A stretch of DNA of 64,000 nt, from positions 1,612,001 through 1,676,000 of the forward strand of contig CDPCPM010000125.1 of NCBI GenBank assembly GCA_976551045.1, written 5' to 3'. Under the pieces are notes generated by a model, which did no database searches, was not told the origin of the DNA, and worked only from the letters and a program-made list of their open reading frames with translations. How positions within the stretch are numbered: the first letter of the stretch is position 1; each line of letters opens with the position of its first letter. This stretch comes from Glaucostegus cemiculus. Its lineage: Eukaryota. The position numbers and the translations under genes were made by a program. Positions 27,421 through 42,208 of the stretch are shown in pieces.

Positions 27421-27772
27421 TCCTAATGGTATGAATTCAACTTCGTTAACCGCTATCGACTCTCATCTGAACACTTCTCTCTTCGGTTTACCATGTTAGT
27501 TTATTTATTTTTTCACAGCTTGCGCATAACGGGAGAACTAATAACATTCTAAGTAAAACGCTGTTCTCAACTTATAATGTTACAATGCTGCATTGACTGC
27601 TTCACTTTAACGTGTTTTACTCTGTGTTATACACAAGGAGAACAGGGTCTAACTTTGCAGTCTATCAACGCAATGGACATCCAGAGATTTCCCTCAAAAT
27701 ATATGCGACTTCTGATTGAACGTCTGACAATAGGAAATATCAAGGTGACTTGTTCTGATCTTTCCACTTCAG

Positions 27773-27808
27773 AGTTAGCAAGTTTGAAGAAAAAATCGCA
27801 AGAAACAG
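27773..27808 (+). CDS. Micro-exon, 36 nt: ELASLKKKSQET
   Basis: tctttccacttcag|AGTTAGC...AGAAACAG|gtgcgc. Confidence 0.8.
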
Positions 27809-28059
27809 GTGCGCTCAAAAATGGTCAAGTAAAACAGAAAGAATCACTGTTAGGAATGTCATTATTGCGTGAGAGGTGCACCCGTAGCATAAGCCAATAA
27901 CACTTTTTAAAACTCCCTTATCCCAACAGTCCAACGCGAAACTGATATTCCTTCGCAATAGACCGAGTGCATATCTGCGAGTTTCGACAGTGCGGAGTTG
28001 AACCTTCGGGCTTCCGTGACTTAAGCTTTGGAACTTCCACCGCTTTCTGTCGCTTCAGA

Positions 28060-28245
28060 TAGAAACACAGAAACATAGAAAACCTACAGCAGAATTCAGG
28101 CCCTTCGGCCCACAAAGTTGTACCGAACATGTCCCTACCTTAGAGACCCATAGCCCTCTATTTTTTCTCAGCTCCATGTACCTATCAAAAAGTCTCTTAA
28201 AAGACCCTATCGTATCCGTTTCCACCACCGTTGCCGGCAGCCCTT
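28060..28245 (-). mobile_element. CR1 3' terminal fragment
   Basis: agaaacatagaaaacctacagc...ggcccttcggcccaca...accaccgttgccggcag. Confidence 0.75.
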
Positions 28246-29060
28246 TAAAGGCAGCTCCTTTAAAGGTACTTAGTCATGCACTTGTACAACGGCAATTATA
28301 CCTGTTGATGTGGGTTGTTCTTTTGAGTTCCGTGCACCTTGTTTTACAACGATGCTGAGAATTGCATAATGGCATCTTTGCATTCTCATTTGCATTTGGA
28401 TAGTGTGAAGTTGGCCGCAAAACTACTTGCGTTTATCCGTGACTGACTGTGCGAATCCAGTGACAATAATACATTGGAAAAATACATACAGGGAAAATCG
28501 TAGGAAAATTAACGGAGTGAAGGAGACATCCTTTTCCCAGTCTTGCACTAATATTTCCGACTTTAAATTTAATATTGCTATTAAAGCAGATAACAAAATC
28601 ACCATTGACACATGTTTAATATTGCGTGCACCTAGTTTAATTTTGCTGACGTTTCAAAAGCAAAATCTGTGCGTCCTTTATGGTGATATGATAATCCCTG
28701 AAGAGTCACATTAATTAATCACCCAAGAAAAAAAAGACTCAAGAATCACCTCACATTTATATCTTGCTCGCGCATCCCAAAACATTATTTCGCCAAAGGA
28801 TATAAAATGTCCTGACGTACTTGCCGCACAAGTCGCTACTTGAAGAATTTGATGTCGATCAGTTAATCTGTACCTGTAAAGTTGATAAATGGGTAAATAC
28901 TGGTCTCCCATTGTCTAAATATTTCATATTGGGCCTAGCTGTCAACAATGATTGAATATCCAAGATCTCAAACTTTTACCTTAGTGACTCAAATCCATTT
29001 CCTCCATTTTCCGATTAAGCTGCACATTTCTAATAAATTGAACATTTGTTTTGTGGGCAG

Positions 29061-29087
29061 GAGAAAAGCTGTCTGCAAAAGTGAAAG
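29061..29087 (+). CDS. Micro-exon, 27 nt: GEKLSAKVK
   Basis: tttgttttgtgggcag|GAGAAAAGCTGTCTGCAAAAGTGAAAG|gtgagc. Confidence 0.78.
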
Positions 29088-29999
29088 GTGAGCTGGACGC
29101 CAACTTAAAGTCAAGGAGTGAGTTAAGTTACCCTCGAGAAGGCCTGACTCTACCTTGACAGCAAATAAATTTAAAATAAATTTTGGAGATATATTCAAAA
29201 TTATGACGTGTTTCCAAAGAGTTGATCTGGAGAATTATTAAATCTGACAGGGTGGTAAGCACATAAGGACAAAGAGGCTGGATCAGGTTGGAACGTGGCA
29301 TAATGAATGAAGATGGGCGGGGAGGGCGGGTGACGGAGGTGAAACAATTGTGATGCTGGCAATTGCGAAAATTTTCTTTTTCCACAAGTTGTTCCTATTA
29401 TCATGCAAGGCTAATTAATGGAATCATATCCAAACGCAATCAAATGTCTGATAAATATTATTTTGATCGAATATCTTGTGAGAGAAGCAAAATTTGGAGG
29501 AGTGTTAAAACAGTACGAAGGTGCCGGCTTACAAACAATCACAAGATTTCTCCAAAAGACTGTGACCTATTATTCTGCAGCCCTGTTTAGGTACAGGTTT
29601 CTCCACATGAAATCTGACTTAACCCCAAACAATACAATTATCATTCTTTAAAACTGCAAAGGATTCAGCAAATGAGTCCGACAATGGGCGGCATACAGCA
29701 CAGATTATATGATTGTGCGGCAATATTCTATCTTGAGCAAGGAACATCCGAGGACTGGGAATGGGTCCGGTTTGCGGCCGGGCTCGGGACGGAACGACCG
29801 AGTGAGAACCGAGGAGAAAAGCAGTGGCAAGAGCTGCAGTGTTCGAGCCTCAGGTGAGAGTGAGCTACCTTTTGGTGTGAGTATTTGCATTGTTGAAGAG
29901 AGACAAGTCTCCAGTCCTTTTAAAACCCTTGTCACTCATCAAGGCTATCATCTGAGAAGTCCGCGTGACAGCTGGTGTGCAACGGCTACGCCATATTTA

Positions 30000-32900
30000 C
30001 TGAACCGACACACGGGCGACTTCCACTCCACAAGTCCGGGACGTGAAATGTCAGGAGCCTCATAAACAGTTCCAACAGCGTCAGACCTGGAAGCACACTG
30101 CTGTGGAATGCAGAGACTGTGGTGTGAGCATCGCAGCAGTGAGGGAGACGGGTCGGCAGGAAATGGACAGCTGACAGAATAGGGTGATAGGTGCACCTTC
30201 TTCTGGACGACAAACTGAAAAAGCAACACCATGTTCATGGATTGAGCTTTGCCATCAAGAATTGTTTAGTTTAGCGTATCAGCGACTCTCTCTGTGGAAT
30301 TCGCCCAACCATATGATCCTTTGGATCTCTCTAACATGAAGCCAAAATACTACCGTCATCTCTATATCCCAAATCCTGATCATCATCCCAAAGTGAGGCA
30401 ACTGACGTTCCTACGTGAATTCAACGCCAGGATGTAAAGGGACGCCACCTTGTGCCAAGGCGTCAGTGACAAGAAAGACTAACTCAGGTAAGGTCCTTCA
30501 CTTAACCAAATGCTTGGAGAATAAAATCATTGTAACAAACGCACTCTTCACCAGAACAACAAACAGGAAAAGTCGCGCCCTGTCTAAACACTGGAACCTG
30601 TTAAATTATGTGATTATCGAAGCGAGGGAATGCAAAGGTGCTTGCATCACGCATGCCATGATGAGCACTGATAATTGCTCGACTGACTACCACATAATCC
30701 TTCTATTCGCTCCAAATTATTTGCACCAACAGAAGTGTTGCTGCAAAACGATCAAGGACCCCACAAAAACCATACTTCGCATGAAGCTCCTCAGAGACGA
30801 TTTGTCAATGCCATACTTCAGAAGCTGCGGACTGTCCATCCTTTATGGGCTGGCCTGGTTCGCCATTACCAACATTTGTCAGGAGTCAGTTGGTTTCTCT
30901 ACCAAGAGGAACCGGGACTGGTTTGATGAGAATGACCATGAAATGGAGAAAATAATCAACTATAAACGTAAGATGTTCCTGGTTTGGAAGGTAAAATGAT
31001 TACTTTTAATCTTGGTAAAAATCAGCAGCTCACCAGGAAGTAGAAGGTAGACTGTCAGCAGAAATCATGTGACCGACAAATAGTGGGTAAAGCGAGCGCA
31101 GATGGAACAACTTGCTGACAGCCATAACATGGTTTAAAATCCACCTGCAGCCCAAAACACGAGACAAGCCCCAATGGCAGCCAAGATCTGGAACAGAATG
31201 TGAGTCCACACTTTGTGGACTTCCTCAACAACGACACTGTCCTTAATGTAAGTACTCTGCACTGCACGGTACAGCGACCTATTTGAGCCAGCCTTGCCGC
31301 TTTTTCTTCCAAACAAGAAAGTCGATAAATCCACATCTCGATTCGAAAGTAACAGGACCTGAGAAACAGATGGAATAGCCACTGAAATCCTAAAATTTAA
31401 AAAAGATTCAATCCTAAATGCACGATATCATCGTCCATATCTGAGAGGAGGATGACATACCAGGAGACCTAAAAGACATCACACCCAGGACCATGTGCCA
31501 AAAATGTTGACAAATCTGACTGTGATAACTACAGATTAGCCTCTGTGTCGACTGCCTAAATGAAAGTCATCAGTTAGATCCTCCTTCTCCCTCGGCCAAA
31601 GGGCTGGTCCCTGAATCTCAGTGTTATTCTACGGGTACAGAGGATGTGATCTTCACATCATTCACAGCACAACTTGTAGAAAGTGCAGGAACATCACCAT
31701 CTACTGTGTATTTCCTACCTCTGCCTCACTCAAGATTTAGATTTCTATTTGTGAACTGTATGTAACACCCCTCCTCCCTCAGATTTGGCTACCCGTGGAA
31801 ATTCGTTTCTGTCTTTCATTTGCTTCAAGACAATACACAAGGGTGGTTACTACAACAGAACCAATGTCAAACAAGACTCTATCCTTGCCTCAACACACTT
31901 CTCAAACTCCCTTGCTGAAAGTTTCACGCTCAACAAATTTCCCGTGAGAATGGAGCTAAGGATTAGGAAGTTGCGGACATGCTAGGTTGGCGCCGGAAGC
32001 GTGGCGATACTTGCGAGCTGACCCCAGAACACTCTACGCAAAAGATGCATTTCACTGTGTGTTTCGGTGTACATATTACTGATAGATATATCTTATCTTC
32101 AAGCATAATGGGAAAATGTTCAACGTAAGGCAACTATACTCCAAAATCAATGTCACCTGAACCTTGGTAAACGGGCACAGTGTACAGACCGTGCTTGTGT
32201 TTGTCAGTGCACACAGGTCAAGCTTCAAGAGGTCGTCAGCTCATTCACATAACCATAAAAGAGGATGGCTCTTACGCTCAACATCTGTAAAACAGATGTT
32301 TTATCATCAACCAAATAGCTCCGATACATCCTTTGAATATTCAATTTCATGACAAGACCCTGGAAAGCTTAAATCGCTTCCCATATCTTAACAGCCACCT
32401 CTTAGTGAAGAGAGACATCTATGATGAAATTTACCACAGCTTTTGGTCGAATGAGGAATAGGGAAACATAAGACCAAGATCTCAGACCAGGTGGAAAACT
32501 CTACCAAGCAGCGGTGACCACACCCTTCCTACTTAGAAAAGCTGTAGCAAGCATTTAAAGGGTACAGGAAAACTGTCATCAATTCTGGCTCCACAAAACC
32601 TCCCAGTTCCTCATCTGGGAAGATACATTAACATCAGGGTCCTCTCGGACCTAGTTACTCTGAGTCAGCTATGTTACACTGACCACCTTATTTGCTTGCC
32701 CAGCACCAGACGCCTGAAACAGACACTCAATTCCGTACTCTGCGGTGGGAGGAGACTACCAAGCTTGCTGAGAAAAAATTCAAAGCTGTGCTCAAATCTT
32801 CCCGGAAGAAGTGCCACACCGCCCCCCGCCCCCCAGACTCGCGGGACGTGAGGCCGATGACCGCTCAAAGTGGAGAATGAGCATTTGGGATGGTATTGTG

Positions 32901-33115
32901 GACCTCGATTCCGAACGTCTGGAACACACAGAAGCCCAGCATTTGCGACAGAGGAAGAGAGCACCCCACAAGTAACTCAGCCACCCACCAGGTCAGATTC
33001 TCTTCTGCCACCTGTAGAATAAACTAATGTTCAAACATTGTTTCATCAGACACCAAGAAAACCTACAAAGCTGGATGGGAACGTCAGTCGATTCCAGGAA
33101 CTAACTAAGAAGCAA
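30000..33115 (+). mobile_element. Heavily degenerate RTE-clade LINE (endonuclease through RT to 3' end)
   Basis: ORF 30415-30999 has SKHWNLLNYVII and RNRDWFDENDHEM, typical of the RTE endonuclease/linker; taagaag-type tail near 33110. Confidence 0.75.
31960..32100 (+). mobile_element. SINE 3' fragment nested inside the RTE
   Basis: Closely matches 21930-22063 (ttaggaagtt...gttggcgcc...agatgcatttcactgtgt). Confidence 0.8.
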
Positions 33116-33904
33116 ACATAGTTATAAAAATGACCTATGTAGTGAGAAAGTGATATGTTTAAGTGATGGTGTGAAGTCTGAATCTCACCGATATAGTCTC
33201 AATCTATCACCGAGGTCTTTGCTCATAATGTTAACTAATTGGACATAGAAATAAAATAGTAGAACAAGGAAGTGCCGAGGTAAGTTTCATCACCTTTCTC
33301 GTCTGGCATCCCACGCACCCTCATTCTGTCTGTTGCTTGCTCAGAATCCCTTCAATTGAATGTCAAATCACTGCCCTCGTCCTTCGAGAGTCATCCAGTT
33401 TGAAGACTCCCTCTGATTCCAGTGTTTCCTGAATTTAGTCAAAACCGAGATGGTAAATTTCAAGATGAGCAGACCAGCTGCGGCATACTTTGGATTTCCC
33501 TTCCCAACTTTGCGCCGACTCGGCTTTTAACACATAACCTGGGACGTATGTTAATGACACGTGATGAATAAAGTCCTTGATTTTAATCGATTGCCGCCAT
33601 GCGTGGCTTGGAATTAAATGTGTAGATTCCTTGTGTCTGTCGCTTCGTAACCATATCCCTTTCTAACTCCCATAATCCCAAATCCGTCACCCACCTCCAA
33701 CATACACACTGCTGTTATTTCAGAGATTACTATTCTGTTCGCCTTTCGAGTATCTCTCGCAGTGGAGGGGCCCAGTGTATGAACGTCTAATTATCAACTT
33801 GTTATTTGTAAAGTGGTTAATTTACCTTATTCACAAAGGAAATGAAACTATAAACTATTGAAATAAGTGAGGCTAACTGCATCATACTTCCGCGTATGTT
33901 TCAG

Positions 33905-33940
33905 AAGCGGCTACAATGAAAATGAACTTGGAACGAACAG
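33905..33940 (+). CDS. Micro-exon, 36 nt: EAATMKMNLERT
   Basis: gtatgtttcag|AAGCGGC...GAACGAACAG|gtacgt. Confidence 0.8.
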
Positions 33941-34589
33941 GTACGTGAAAATTGGAGTTCTTGATTTTCCAGACTGAGAATAACACAGATTTAGCTTGCA
34001 AAGGCGAAATCTAAAAGCTCCGAAAACCTCTGGTCAAATCAGATCATATAACAGAGCACTGTCGATTTTTTTGGATTCAATCGAAGTAATAATTCAGCGA
34101 TTGTTTCAAAGGGAAATAACTGTATTTTGCTCACAATGTACCTTGGAGCTTATTTAAACGTCGCCGCAACAAGTTCCATGACTGAAAAGCGAAATCCCTA
34201 AATAATTATCTTTTGGAAGTTTGTTGTGCGAAAAGGTACAGTGCCGCAATACCAGCTTCCATATTGACATTTGGATGGCTTAAAATTTATACTGAAATAT
34301 CGATCCACGTTTGCTACGTTCCAGACCCACGGACGTTCAAAGCATTCACCCTGGGTGTCGACATCTGAAAAGATTTTGCTTTGAAAACCTGGGGACAAAT
34401 CACACCAGCATTGCAATTCAACAACAGTCTAAATCATCCACACAGTACCAAGATATCCATGTATCTTCCAGCTAATAATCCTTCAGTTATCCGTTTTATC
34501 CATTTATCTATCCAAGGTCCGAAAGCATGTCTCCACGCTATCGAAATGCTGGCCGAATAATGAACTGCCAAGCTGTCATGAGAAGATAA

Positions 34590-35700
34590 ATGCATAAGAA
34601 ATGGTAGGAGGAGTAGGCCATTTGAACTTTGGAAATTGCATCAACGTTCGTCAAAGTCATGGATGATCTCCTATGTCAATGCTATTTTCCTCCACTGTCT
34701 CCCTCAATGCCCTTAATATTCATAAATTTATCAGATTGTTTCAAACGGCTGAGCCTGCACAACCCACCCAAAGAAGATAATTTCAAAGATTCACCGGCCC
34801 CTGTATGAAGGAATTTCTTCTCATCTAAGTTCCTGGTTGTAGAGTCCTCAGCCAGTGGAAATGTTCGCCCTGGGTCCCGCCTATCCGGCACAGTATGAAT
34901 TTTGTAAGTTTCAGAGATGTCATCTCATTCTTCTCTACGCGAGAAAATATTTACTCTCCCGACCTGCGTCAAACTAGCATCCCTGAAGCTAACCTAGTGA
35001 ATCTCTCCTGTCCTTCCATGATGGGGAGGAAAACGAGGCCAGAATTGTGTAGTCTCGCCAACATCCTATATAATTGAAGTAAGACTTCGCTACACCTGTA
35101 GTCACATCCTCAAAGACAATTTGCCTTCCTATTTGATTGCAAATCTGCTTGTTGGAGGCCAGTGAGTTGTGTACAAATCCACACAGATCCCTTTGAATAT
35201 CAGTGTTGCCCAATCTGTCCACGGTGGAAAAACATTCCGTTTTTCTGCTTTGTGCACCAACTTCACATTTTCACATGTTATATTGCATCCGCCATGTTCT
35301 TTACCATTCAATCGGCTTGTCTATATCATGCTTAAAAAGGCTTTACATCCTCCTCGCCTCTCACAATCCCACCTCGTTTTACATTATCTGTGTCTGTATA
35401 CGTATCGGAGACCTTATTAGAATCGAAATATATCGCATCCACTGGATTACCCTTGTCTATTTTACAAGTTATATCCTCAAACAACTCCAGTAGAATATTG
35501 AAACTTAATTTTCTTTTCATGAACGTATTTCGACTCTGTTTCAAACATTATTTTATTACATCTTTCAATATACTGTATATTTAAGTCTCCCTGACAGTAA
35601 CATTACGCCAACAGGTCGGTTGTTTCCCTCATTCCCTGCCCTCCCGTTCCTAAATATCCACATACTCTACACTCCGACAAATGGCATAATTCCAGAGGAT
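34590..35700 (-). mobile_element. Degenerate CR1 fragment(s)
   Basis: Minus ORFs LLELFEDITCKIDKGNPVDAIYFD and NTDIQRDLCGFVH; CR1 tail at about 34595 (ataagaaatggtaggaggagtaggccattt). Confidence 0.85.
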
Positions 35701-36364
35701 ATATAGATAAAGAGATATATAGACCAAGATATCGTCAGCCCACGTATGAGAAGTGACCTGATTTGTGCGATACATGTTGTCGAGGCATCACGTTGTTAAG
35801 ACGCTATTGAGCTCAACAAAGGCAGCGGTTCGTGTAGGGGAAAGAAAGCCGTACTCAAAGCCGTACCATCTGTAAAAGAGGAAAACAGCATCTTTCAAAT
35901 ATGGAATACACCATACTTTAATCCTTGTTTGCTGAAAGTGGCTTAATCACGACGGAAGTGTAACAAAAATGAAATGCAATAAACATGGCAGGATTGAAGA
36001 GAGAAACGCAGATAACTCTTTAGATTAGTAACATTTCAGCAAAGCTGATTCACTGTATCCACTAGTCCCACAGTAGCAAGCGTGATTTCGTGCATGTGGG
36101 GGAAAAAAACAGCAACCCGAAAAAAATACTTCATAAATGAAAGTTCAGCCTTCGTTTTGAGGTCGTGTGGTTGGTCCGGTCTTGGTTTTCGCACATCGGT
36201 TGATCACAGCTCGATAACTCTGCATAGGCACAACATCGCAATTATCTCTGAGACCACAAATTTGTTTTTGGCAGAGCAACATATGACTTGACGACAGGTT
36301 TTAGTGAAAATGTGATGGTGTTGTTGGAATTACTACTTTACAACATTTATCTTCCTTTAAACAG

Positions 36365-36391
36365 AGAAAGAACTACTGAAAAAAGATCTAG
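36365..36391 (+). CDS. Micro-exon, 27 nt: EKELLKKDL
   Basis: tcttcctttaaacag|AGAAAGAACTACTGAAAAAAGATCTAG|gtatat. Confidence 0.8.
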
Positions 36392-39044
36392 GTATATATG
36401 AATATATTAATACTTCAGTACAATTTGGATCTTTATTTCACCTGAATCTGTTAATCAGTATATTTAATTGCTAGCAGTTGTGTACATATTCGTAAAATCG
36501 TTGTGCGTAACTAGGCAGCCATTGATGTGTGATAGAAGATCAGAAATGTTGCAAGTATTTTAAATAATCCGTGAACCCAAGCAGGCAGGAAGGGATATAT
36601 TTAGATTGGTCTCTATTTTCCTGCTAGAGGCAGAGGCAGATTCTCCTTGTCTCAACGCACATAACTTCTATTGTCAACCTTCTATAAGGTGCCCTCACAC
36701 TCCTACCGTGTATAATTATCTGTGGGTTCAAGATTCGGGGGCTGAAGTAGGTGGGGCAGACGCGGTGGTTAGGTATTTCTGTAGGGATGTGGGCAGAGGA
36801 CCAGGCAAACAGATGGCCCTGCCCACATAAGAATGCTGAAAGGTAGTACAATATCATCTTTATTAGCGGGCTGAAAACCTATTCAAAATATTGAATTTTC
36901 TGATTATCTAATGTAGTACTTGGCACCTAACTGCTAAGAGCCACAATCTATTTGTAGAAGTGAAAGGCGAGGCTGTCTTATTTAATGAGTTCCTTGTACA
37001 TATCTTCAACAACAGATGCTGTCAAAATCTCATTAGGAGTGCATTTGTAAGGGCGGGACAAAATTAAATTAAATAGGCTACAGATGGCATGCACCTTTGT
37101 TTAAACATGGAGATAGCAAAAGGGTTTACCTTAATTTTTCCATCCTTCATCAATCAAGTGAAGTGTCAATGGAACCAAAGGGGGAATTTTGATACTTTTG
37201 TTCAGAATGAGTGAAAAGGCGTATCCAGCAACTGCAGGCCTGCCACTTTAAAAGTGGCTGTAGGCAAGCATTTCAAAACCACGATCAGCAAAAAACTGAG
37301 AGACGCTTGGATTTATAAAAATATCCGGTCAACCTGCAGCATTCAGAATTGATTGTCGTCATTTAACTTGGTCGAATTTTGATACGCTATCAGGGAAGGT
37401 TTGTGAGGGAGTGAAATAGACGCTGTTTATGAAGAAGCTGAAGTTTTTTCACGTTATATTTTCGTCATCAAAACTGAAAATCATTGAACCAAATATTAAT
37501 TTCATAAAGAATTTAAGATTTGGCCTAAGAACAGAAAACAGCGAGTAACTATTTCATACAGAGAATGTTGAGACAAAAAATCGACCACGGTCTATATGAG
37601 CAAAATTATGCACTTCTATTGGAATAGTGAATAGTTTGCAGACTGTGGGAGAAGAATTCAAAATAGCATATGAAAGCAGAGAAGAGAAGCATTGCCCATT
37701 AAGCCTACGGTCACAAACATCTACTTCCAAAGTTTTCATTATTCACTTTCAACAATTCATCCTTACTGTTTAATAATAACCGTTGCATTTGAATTTTGGG
37801 ATCCTTTACGTTAGTTATATTTTGCATAGACCCAGCTAACTGCATTGAAACAGGAACTGTTATTGGAAAACAATTGTATGAATATCGGGACTCACGGTTA
37901 ATTTAGAAGAAAGAAAATTTAACTTATGCAGAAAACAATCTGAAGCAGAGCGGAAAAGGAAGGAAACTGGACAAAACTGTCCCATAAAAATAGACGAAAA
38001 TTACAAGGAGGGTAACAAATATGAGGAGAACGAGAAGTTAGTTCGGAATCTCGATGAATTCTTCCTTGAGTTATTCAAAGCTGAAGATCCGTTAGCTTGT
38101 GAACCGAAACGTCTGCTGTGGAAGAAATAAAGAACACCACAACCCATTAACTCATCTGCCAGAATATTCCCCATTCTATCATTACTCAGACCAAGGATTC
38201 AAATATGTTTCAATGAGGGGTAAAAGCGGATGCTGTTTCAGAGCAACATCAAGCATGTTGGAAAATAACGTTGCAAATTGTTGAAGCTGTTGTACAGGAT
38301 CACATGTTTACTGAACAGTAAAATCGGCATGCAGTGGAAAAATATAGCAAATCTCATAAACGAATGGATCATCTCGGAGCTCCGTAGTCCTGTTACATCT
38401 AGTCGTGAATCTTGGTGAATAATGCATTACTAAAGGGAAGTGAAGCCTCCAGAATCATCTCAATCTCAAACAGTCACGAGTAAGTGCTAATGTCAAGACT
38501 GATGCATTCGCAATCAAGTTCTGCTAGAAGTGCCGAGTGGATCATCCATCTCTGACTTCTCCTGAGATCCCTGACATCATAGAACCAACTGTGCAGTCAA
38601 TCCCAATTGCCCCATGAGATGTCAAGAAATAGCTGTGAGTTCTGGATGCACATTGGCTCTGGAGCTATTCTGGCTGTTGTATTGAAGACCTACACTCCGG
38701 AAGAAGCAATACTTCTAACGAAGCTGCCCAAGGATAGTTATAACATTGGCATCTACTCAAGAATGCGAAGATTTTGGAAAATACGTGTTCACTAAATGCA
38801 GGATAAATCCAATCCAGATATCTACTCTCAATCATTGGAAAATGTATTGAATCTCCGTTTGACAATGCTCTCAGGCAGCGTTTCATTACCAAATTTCCGT
38901 TCGTTGATGAAAACTTTGGGATTCATTAGAACCCCTTGTACCCTGTCCTCATTACAGACCTGCTCCTAACATAGACCAAGGAGCCAAATTCCAGATTGCA
39001 GATGAGAGTGACAAGCCTCGATATCAAGACAATATTTGGCCGAG

Positions 39045-39545
39045 TGTGACATAAAAGAATTGAATATAAAAGTCAGGAAGTCATGTTTCAGCTGTATAAA
39101 ACTTTGTTTAGGCCACAGCTGGAGTATTGTGTCCATTTCCAGTCGCTCCATTAGACGAAGGTTGAGGAAGATTTGGAGATGGTACAGAAGAGGTTCACTA
39201 GGATGTTGCCTAAATTGGAGAGTATTAGTGACGAGCAGACGTCGGACAAACTTAGATTGTTTTCGCTGGAGCGTCGGAGGTAGAGAAGTGACCTGATTGA
39301 AGTATATAACATGATAAGGGGCATAGATATGGTAAACAGTCAGACCATATTCCCTGAATGGTAATGTCAAATGCCAGAGGTCAGAGGTTTAAGCTGAGAC
39401 AGGGAAAAGTTAAGAGAGATAATGAGGCAAATTAAGAGTGGCGGGTGCCTAGACGCGCTGCCGGGGGATGTGATAAATGCACATACGATAACAACACTTA
39501 AGAAGCATTTGGACAGACACATGAACAGACAGGTAATAGAAGGAG
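39045..39545 (+). mobile_element. CR1 3' fragment inserted in an older LINE
   Basis: ggccacagctggagtattgtgtcc, gtacagaagaggttcactaggatgttgcc; ORF DALPGDVINAHTITTLKKHLDRHMN. Confidence 0.85.
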
Positions 39546-40116
39546 CAACGAAACAAACTGCTGGTAGAAATCAACAGGTCAGGAAACATCTGTGGAGGCT
39601 GCAGGATAGTTGACGTTTCGGGTCGAGACACTGTATAAGGGAAAAAGGGATATGGACCTTTTGCAGACAGATGGGGTGACGATTGGCATCTTGTTCGATG
39701 CAGACATTGAGGGCCGAAGCGTCTGATCCTCTGTTGTACTGTTCTCTGAAACAAAAAAAAAACTGATAAAACGGCAGGAATTGGACTCAAGGGCAAAAGC
39801 ACGTTAATGGTTTGGTTCATACTTTCTACAAGGGAAGATGGTTGTGATTGCTGGAGATGACTAACGCCAGTCCCAGGACATCAGTGCAGAGTTTCTGGAG
39901 GCATCTTCCGCTGCTTCATCAATGACCTCCTTTCCACTATCGGGTAAAGAGGCAAGTAATGCTCGGTTAACAAAGATGCAAGAAAGCTTGCTACTGTGTC
40001 TTGTTCTTACAAAAAAAAACTGGAAGGCAAGGAGCAATACAAAAACCCCTCGTGACTTTAAAGTTAAACCTGCGAATTTAATCAGAGTGTTGCTTTTTTC
40101 TGCTTTTGTTCGCTAG

Positions 40117-40152
40117 TTATTGAAACGCTGAGAAAAAAGATCCAAGAAACAG
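40117..40152 (+). CDS. Micro-exon, 36 nt: VIETLRKKIQET
   Basis: ttttctgcttttgttcgctag|TTATTGAA...AGAAACAG|gtgagc. Confidence 0.82.
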
Positions 40153-42208
40153 GTGAGCAAAACTTAATGTTCCTTCTCGTGTCTCGCAAAAATGAAGGTA
40201 ATATGAGATTCGAATCGCGCATCCATGTTTTTGTTGTCTCCAACGTCGTTATTTCAAAGTCCTCACGTAAGAATATCGAGAGGCCATGCAAACATAACAG
40301 TCTGTAACACTGTTATCCCTGTCATATTTTAACTCTTCTACTTAAAAAGTCTATGATTTTAGATTCTAAATTAATCAATTGATGACACACAAAAAAGAAG
40401 AAAGCCTGCCGATGCCGACAATCCATAAGAAAGGAAACACAAAATGCTGGAAATAATCTTAAGGATACGCAGCACCAGCGGAGAGATAAACTCAGCTAAC
40501 GTTTCAGGTCGATGACCTTTTATCAGAGTAAGGAAAAGTTGGAAAGCATGCATGTCTCAGTGGCAGTAATGTGGGAGGTTGAAGAGAACAAAGAGGTAAT
40601 GATAAGATGGAAGCAAAGAGAAAATTGATGTAACAGATTGCTGCCGGCAAACAGACTGTGATAAAATTCGTCTTGAAGGCACCTAATATATTTGCAGTAA
40701 GTGTAAATAAAGGGAGCGATGAGGACAGAGATATTGGACACGTCCGATACAGAACAGAACAGATACTGGAAATTTTAAGAGGAAGATAAGTGCTGGGAAA
40801 TCCAGGTGGTCTGATGATTACATTGAGTTAGAGTTACGGTGTTATTGATCTTGCAACAGATTGCTAATTCTGACAGAAAATCGAAAGACAGGTTACCTGA
40901 AATTGGTGACTTCAATTCCAGAGTCTGCAGCATTCCCAGAAAAGAAGACGGATTGCTGTTGCACAAGCTTACAGTGGGTTTCGTTGAAACAGTGTAAAAG
41001 TCAAAGACAGGAAGGTTAGATAGAATTTGGCTGGAGAATTAAAGTGTCAGGGGCAGAAAGTACAGGGTCAACACTGCAGACTGAAAGCACTGAATAGAGC
41101 CATCGCCCAGTCTGTGTTCGTTAACGCCATTCACATAGTGCAAATCAAAGCAAGAGCTGTGGAAAATTATGGGTCCCTCACGCACATCGCTAGGAGAAAT
41201 AGTCTTATTAATTAGCTTCGCTTTATAACAAAGACTGGAAGTGATGCTCTTCCGCACCAGATGAACTTTCTTGATAATCAATGGCATTCACAATGAAGGA
41301 AACGCTGAAGAAACACAACAGGTCAGGCAGTATCAGTGAAGATAGGAAAAGGTTGATCACATTTCCTAGAAGCGGCATGTGCAGTTAACTCTCGCCTCAA
41401 ATGTTATCTGACCTGTTGAGTGTACCCAATAGTTTTTCGTATATATTTTATACTTCTAGCACTTGCTGCGTTGTATCTTGTTTTATCTGATGGGTTCACA
41501 TTGATCAGAAATCTATCTACTTCAGCCTCGCAATAACTATGGCTACAAGACCAGATCAAAGACCAGTGAGTGACTCATTTCTTCATGCCACAAAACCTTT
41601 CTGCCATCTATAAGATACAAGACCGTCGCATTTCAGAACACTCTCTACTTGCATGGATGAGCAGTGTTATTCAACACTGATGAAACTTGAGACCATCCCG
41701 GAGATTAGACTCTCAGCTGATAGCTAGCTGCTGCTGGAAATCTAGATTGGTGTACACATACAATAGAAAAAAAGATGAAATAATGCTGGAATTATAATCA
41801 GTAGGTGGTATCACATTCACGGCCTATTAGGCGCCTCTCTGGCAATGCGGAATGAAAATGAATGGAGTTATCAATTTGAAATGGGACTGGATGCAAAACT
41901 GTTCGGTAATAAAAAAAGAAAATCAAGATACTGAAGGTACCGAAAAACTGAAGTCCGGCACTGATGTACAGAACCGAGTATCAATTGAGGATCTTGGGAA
42001 ATTAACTCTTTTTCTACTTTCACAAAATCTGCCTGACATGCTGAGTATTTCCAACAATTTTGTTTTACATCCGGTACAGTGCTAAGGTCCATGGCGAATA
42101 TTGTTATCCAGTTATTTCACAATTTTCTTTGTATGATCATTCTTCCAACCTCTTTCTTCCAAGGTGAAAATGACAATAATGTACTTTAATGTTTTATTTT
42201 AACTACAG

